Of a stretch of DNA of 64,000 bases, positions 61,354-64,000 are shown piece by piece (within the stretch, counting starts at the first letter, position 1; each line of letters starts with the position of its first letter). The DNA is from a virus: positions 1 through 64,000 of IMG/VR virus record IMGVR_UViG_3300023174_000077. One strand, written 5' to 3'. A program made the position numbers and the translations under genes. The notes under the pieces were generated by a model, which made no database searches, was not told the DNA's origin, and was given only the letters and a program-made list of their open reading frames with translations.

Positions 61354-62013
61354 TTATTTTTTTCGTGGTTTAATTATTTCATCGATAATACCATATAATT
61401 TAGCTTCGGAAGAAGTCATCCAATAATCTCTATCAGAATCTTTTTCAACTTTTTCAAATTTTTGTCCAGTATTTTCAGAAATAATTTCATATAATTCTTT
61501 TTTAAGAGAATTTATTTCTTTTGCATCAATTTCTATATCTGATGCCTGAGCGTATCCAGTATATCCAATCGGTTGATGTATCATTGTTCTCGCTCTTTTT
61601 AATGATTTTCTTTTTCCTTTTGTTCCCGCACATAATATAACAGCTGCCATTGACGCTGCTAATCCAGTATTTATTGTTATTACGTCTGGACGTATAAATT
61701 CCATTGTATCTAATATACCAAGTCCATCATATACAGAACCACCTGGTGAATTAATATACATTTTTATATCTTTTTTATGATCCAATTGTTCTAAATAAAG
61801 TAATTGGTTTTTAATTAATTCGGATGTATAATTATCAATTTCGTCATTGAGAAATACAATTCTATCATTAAGTAATTTGGTATAAATATCTAACATAAAT
61901 CCTTTTTCATTATCAATAATAAAATGGGAATTATTGTGAATTGTTTGTCTAATGACACTTTCAGGAACTTTTGAATAAAGAAATTTTTGATAATCTGATG
62001 CTAATTTTTTCAT
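61354..62013 (-). CDS. clpP: ATP-dependent Clp protease proteolytic subunit
   Basis: YINSPGGSV, GLAASMAAVIL, MIHQP and DRDYWM...EA..YG..D motifs. Confidence 0.95.
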   Translation of the reverse strand: MKKLASDYQKFLYSKVPESVIRQTIHNNSHFIIDNEKGFMLDIYTKLLNDRIVFLNDEIDNYTSELIKNQLLYLEQLDHKKDIKMYINSPGGSVYDGLGILDTMEFIRPDVITINTGLAASMAAVILCAGTKGKRKSLKRARTMIHQPIGYTGYAQASDIEIDAKEINSLKKELYEIISENTGQKFEKVEKDSDRDYWMTSSEAKLYGIIDEIIKPRKK

Positions 62014-62087
62014 AAGAGTTATATATAAGAATTGCGAAAAGATTAAAATCCAAAATTATTTTTTAATATATAAAAGAAAAAATTAAT

Positions 62088-62387
62088 ATGAAATTAACAT
62101 TTGATATGCATGGTTATACAATCGTTATTGAAGAAACGGAAGAAAATTTAATTAGAGTTTCTGCAACAAAAGACGATGAAGTAGTTGAAGAATTTGAACT
62201 TGAAGGTGGTGAAGATCATCCCGATATGGAAGACGAATCTTTACCAGAAGTAGGTGAAGAAGAAGGCGAAGAAATTGAGGGTGAAACACCAGAAGGAGAT
62301 TTCGAAGAAACAGAAGAAGTAAATCCAGAAGAAAAACTTGGCGAGTCTAAATTATACAATTTTGCTGCTTTTTTAAATAGAAAATAA
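62088..62387 (+). CDS. Highly acidic protein (possible head scaffold/internal protein)
   Basis: Glu-rich; ends ESKLYNFAAFL; late motif upstream. Confidence 0.7.
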   Translation: MKLTFDMHGYTIVIEETEENLIRVSATKDDEVVEEFELEGGEDHPDMEDESLPEVGEEEGEEIEGETPEGDFEETEEVNPEEKLGESKLYNFAAFLNRK

Positions 62388-62516
62388 TTTTATTATCTTT
62401 AACTTAAAATACCTGCATGATTTCCGTGTAGGTATTCTTGTTTAATAATAAATTAATATATACATTAAAATTTGTTTATTCAATAAATTTTAATTATCTT
62501 TGCACAAAGAAATATA

Positions 62517-63638
62517 ATGAGAAAATTAAGTAATTACAATTCTTTTTTAGAAACTAACAGGTTAAGCTATTATAGTTTTGACTGGGATGACAATATATTA
62601 CATATGTCAACTCCTATTCACATGGATAAATTAGTTGAAGGTATTTGGCAACCTTTATCTGTATCACCTGCAGAATTTGCCATAGTTCGTAATGATGTAA
62701 ATTATCGGAATAGAGATAATAACCCCTATAAAGCTTATGAAGAATTTAGAGATATGGGTCCAAGAGGCAATCAATCTTTTTTATTAGATGTGAAAACCGC
62801 TATTCAAGATTCTAAATTCGGCCCTTCATGGGATAAATTTATTCAATGTTTAGTTGAAGGTTCTATATTTGCTTTAGTAACGGCAAGAGGACATGAATAT
62901 CAAACACTTAAAAATGGTGTTAAATATATTATTGATAATTGTTTAACAAAAGAACAAGGTGACTTAATGTATAAAAATTGCCATAAGTTTTTAACTTATT
63001 TTGAGAATAAAACTATGGTAAGAGAAAATAATACCAATTTATCAAATACTAATTTAATAAACTATTATTTAGACAAATGTAAGTTTTATGGAGTTGGGTT
63101 TCCATTTTCTGCATCATTTAATAATGAATTTAAATTAGATCCTTCAATTAAAATCGAAGAAGCAAAGAAAATAGCATTAGAAAAGTTTTTGAATATTTGT
63201 AATAATTATGGATTAAAATCTAAAAAATATGTTTCGGTCGGATTTTCTGATGATGATAAGAAAAATGTAGAACATGTTAAAAAGTTTTTTGAATTTAAAT
63301 CTACTATTTATGAACATATGAAATTAAATGTGTATGATACATCTAATAAAGTATCACATAAAACAAGATTTGAAAATGGTATAACAGAAGATATGGGTCC
63401 TTCAATATCAGGAAAAGAAAATTCTCTTTTAAGATTTATGGGTCCGAATTCGATGCCAAATACTTTGCAAAATGCAACTAATGATTGGAGTCAACCAAAT
63501 TACACTTTATTACAAAAATCGAAAGTAGCAAACCTTTTAACAAAAGATTCTATAAAAAAGAAAGTAAAAAAGTTAAAAAAGAAAAATGCAAAACCTAAAG
63601 ATAACCTTAATACAACCAAACATAATTTGGGAAAATAA
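62517..63638 (+). CDS. HAD-like protein
   Basis: SFDWDDNI, VTARGH and GFSDDD..N motifs. Confidence 0.7.
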   Translation: MRKLSNYNSFLETNRLSYYSFDWDDNILHMSTPIHMDKLVEGIWQPLSVSPAEFAIVRNDVNYRNRDNNPYKAYEEFRDMGPRGNQSFLLDVKTAIQDSKFGPSWDKFIQCLVEGSIFALVTARGHEYQTLKNGVKYIIDNCLTKEQGDLMYKNCHKFLTYFENKTMVRENNTNLSNTNLINYYLDKCKFYGVGFPFSASFNNEFKLDPSIKIEEAKKIALEKFLNICNNYGLKSKKYVSVGFSDDDKKNVEHVKKFFEFKSTIYEHMKLNVYDTSNKVSHKTRFENGITEDMGPSISGKENSLLRFMGPNSMPNTLQNATNDWSQPNYTLLQKSKVANLLTKDSIKKKVKKLKKKNAKPKDNLNTTKHNLGK

Positions 63639-64000
63639 AAAAGTTAATTTAACTAATTATGAAACTTATATAAATAATATAACATCCAAACCGGATGTTA
63701 TTATTTTGCCTGAAATGTTTTCAACAGGTTTTATAATGAAGCCAGAATTGGTAGAAAATATGAATGGTGATACTATTAATTGGATGAAAAATATAACCAA
63801 TAATAGTAATTCATATTTGATGGGTAGTTTAATTATTAAAGAATTAGATAATATATTTAATCGCTTTTTATGTATTAAAGGAGAATTAATTGAATTTTAT
63901 GATAAAAAACATTTATTTGCTTATGCTGGTGAAGATAAATGTTATACTGCTGGTAATCAGAGAAAAATAATTAATATAAATGGTTGGCGTATCTTATTAC
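63586..64000 (+). CDS. Nitrilase-family amidohydrolase (YafV/omega-amidase-like), truncated by the window end
   Basis: Hand-translated: MQNLKITLIQPNIIWE...DVIILPEMFSTGF...YDKKHLF...GE. Confidence 0.85.
   Translation, partial: MQNLKITLIQPNIIWENKKVNLTNYETYINNITSKPDVIILPEMFSTGFIMKPELVENMNGDTINWMKNITNNSNSYLMGSLIIKELDNIFNRFLCIKGELIEFYDKKHLFAYAGEDKCYTAGNQRKIININGWRILL

Overview
This is a very AT-rich window from a large T4-like (jumbo/huge) myovirus genome using the standard code. The host is probably a Bacteroidota member, given TTTG...TAnnTTTG promoters, a T9SS C-terminal domain and Bacteroidota-type ahcY and amidase genes. (i) 1-7.7 kb is a non-standard array: about 22 copies of a ~20-bp arm (CATATTAAATTGTGCACTAT or its inverse) form interrupted palindromes loaded with triloop mini-hairpins. 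These separate terminator/promoter/small-gene cassettes, and the array also holds a multi-HTH protein gene and a tRNA/Y-RNA-like ncRNA. (ii) 7.8-8.1 kb has iteron-like repeats at an apparent strand-skew switch, a candidate origin. (iii) 9.6-18.2 kb encodes tailspike/fibre proteins, followed by a double glycosyltransferase and an SF1 helicase. (iv) 23.5-31.1 kb is a surface/secretion operon with a cohesin-dockerin-T9SS protein, two CsgG-like proteins, a beta-barrel, a nested lectin and a protease. (v) 31-43 kb holds accessory metabolism genes (nuclease, peptidase, HADs, ahcY, divergent PurA, vWA, J-domain pseudokinase). (vi) 43-64 kb holds a GIY-YIG homing endonuclease, an amidoligase, a DHH protein, a baseplate module with three peptidoglycan hydrolase domains, uvsW, a capsid-like paralogue, clpP and an amidase. 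All functional calls come from motif recognition by eye; no searches were run.
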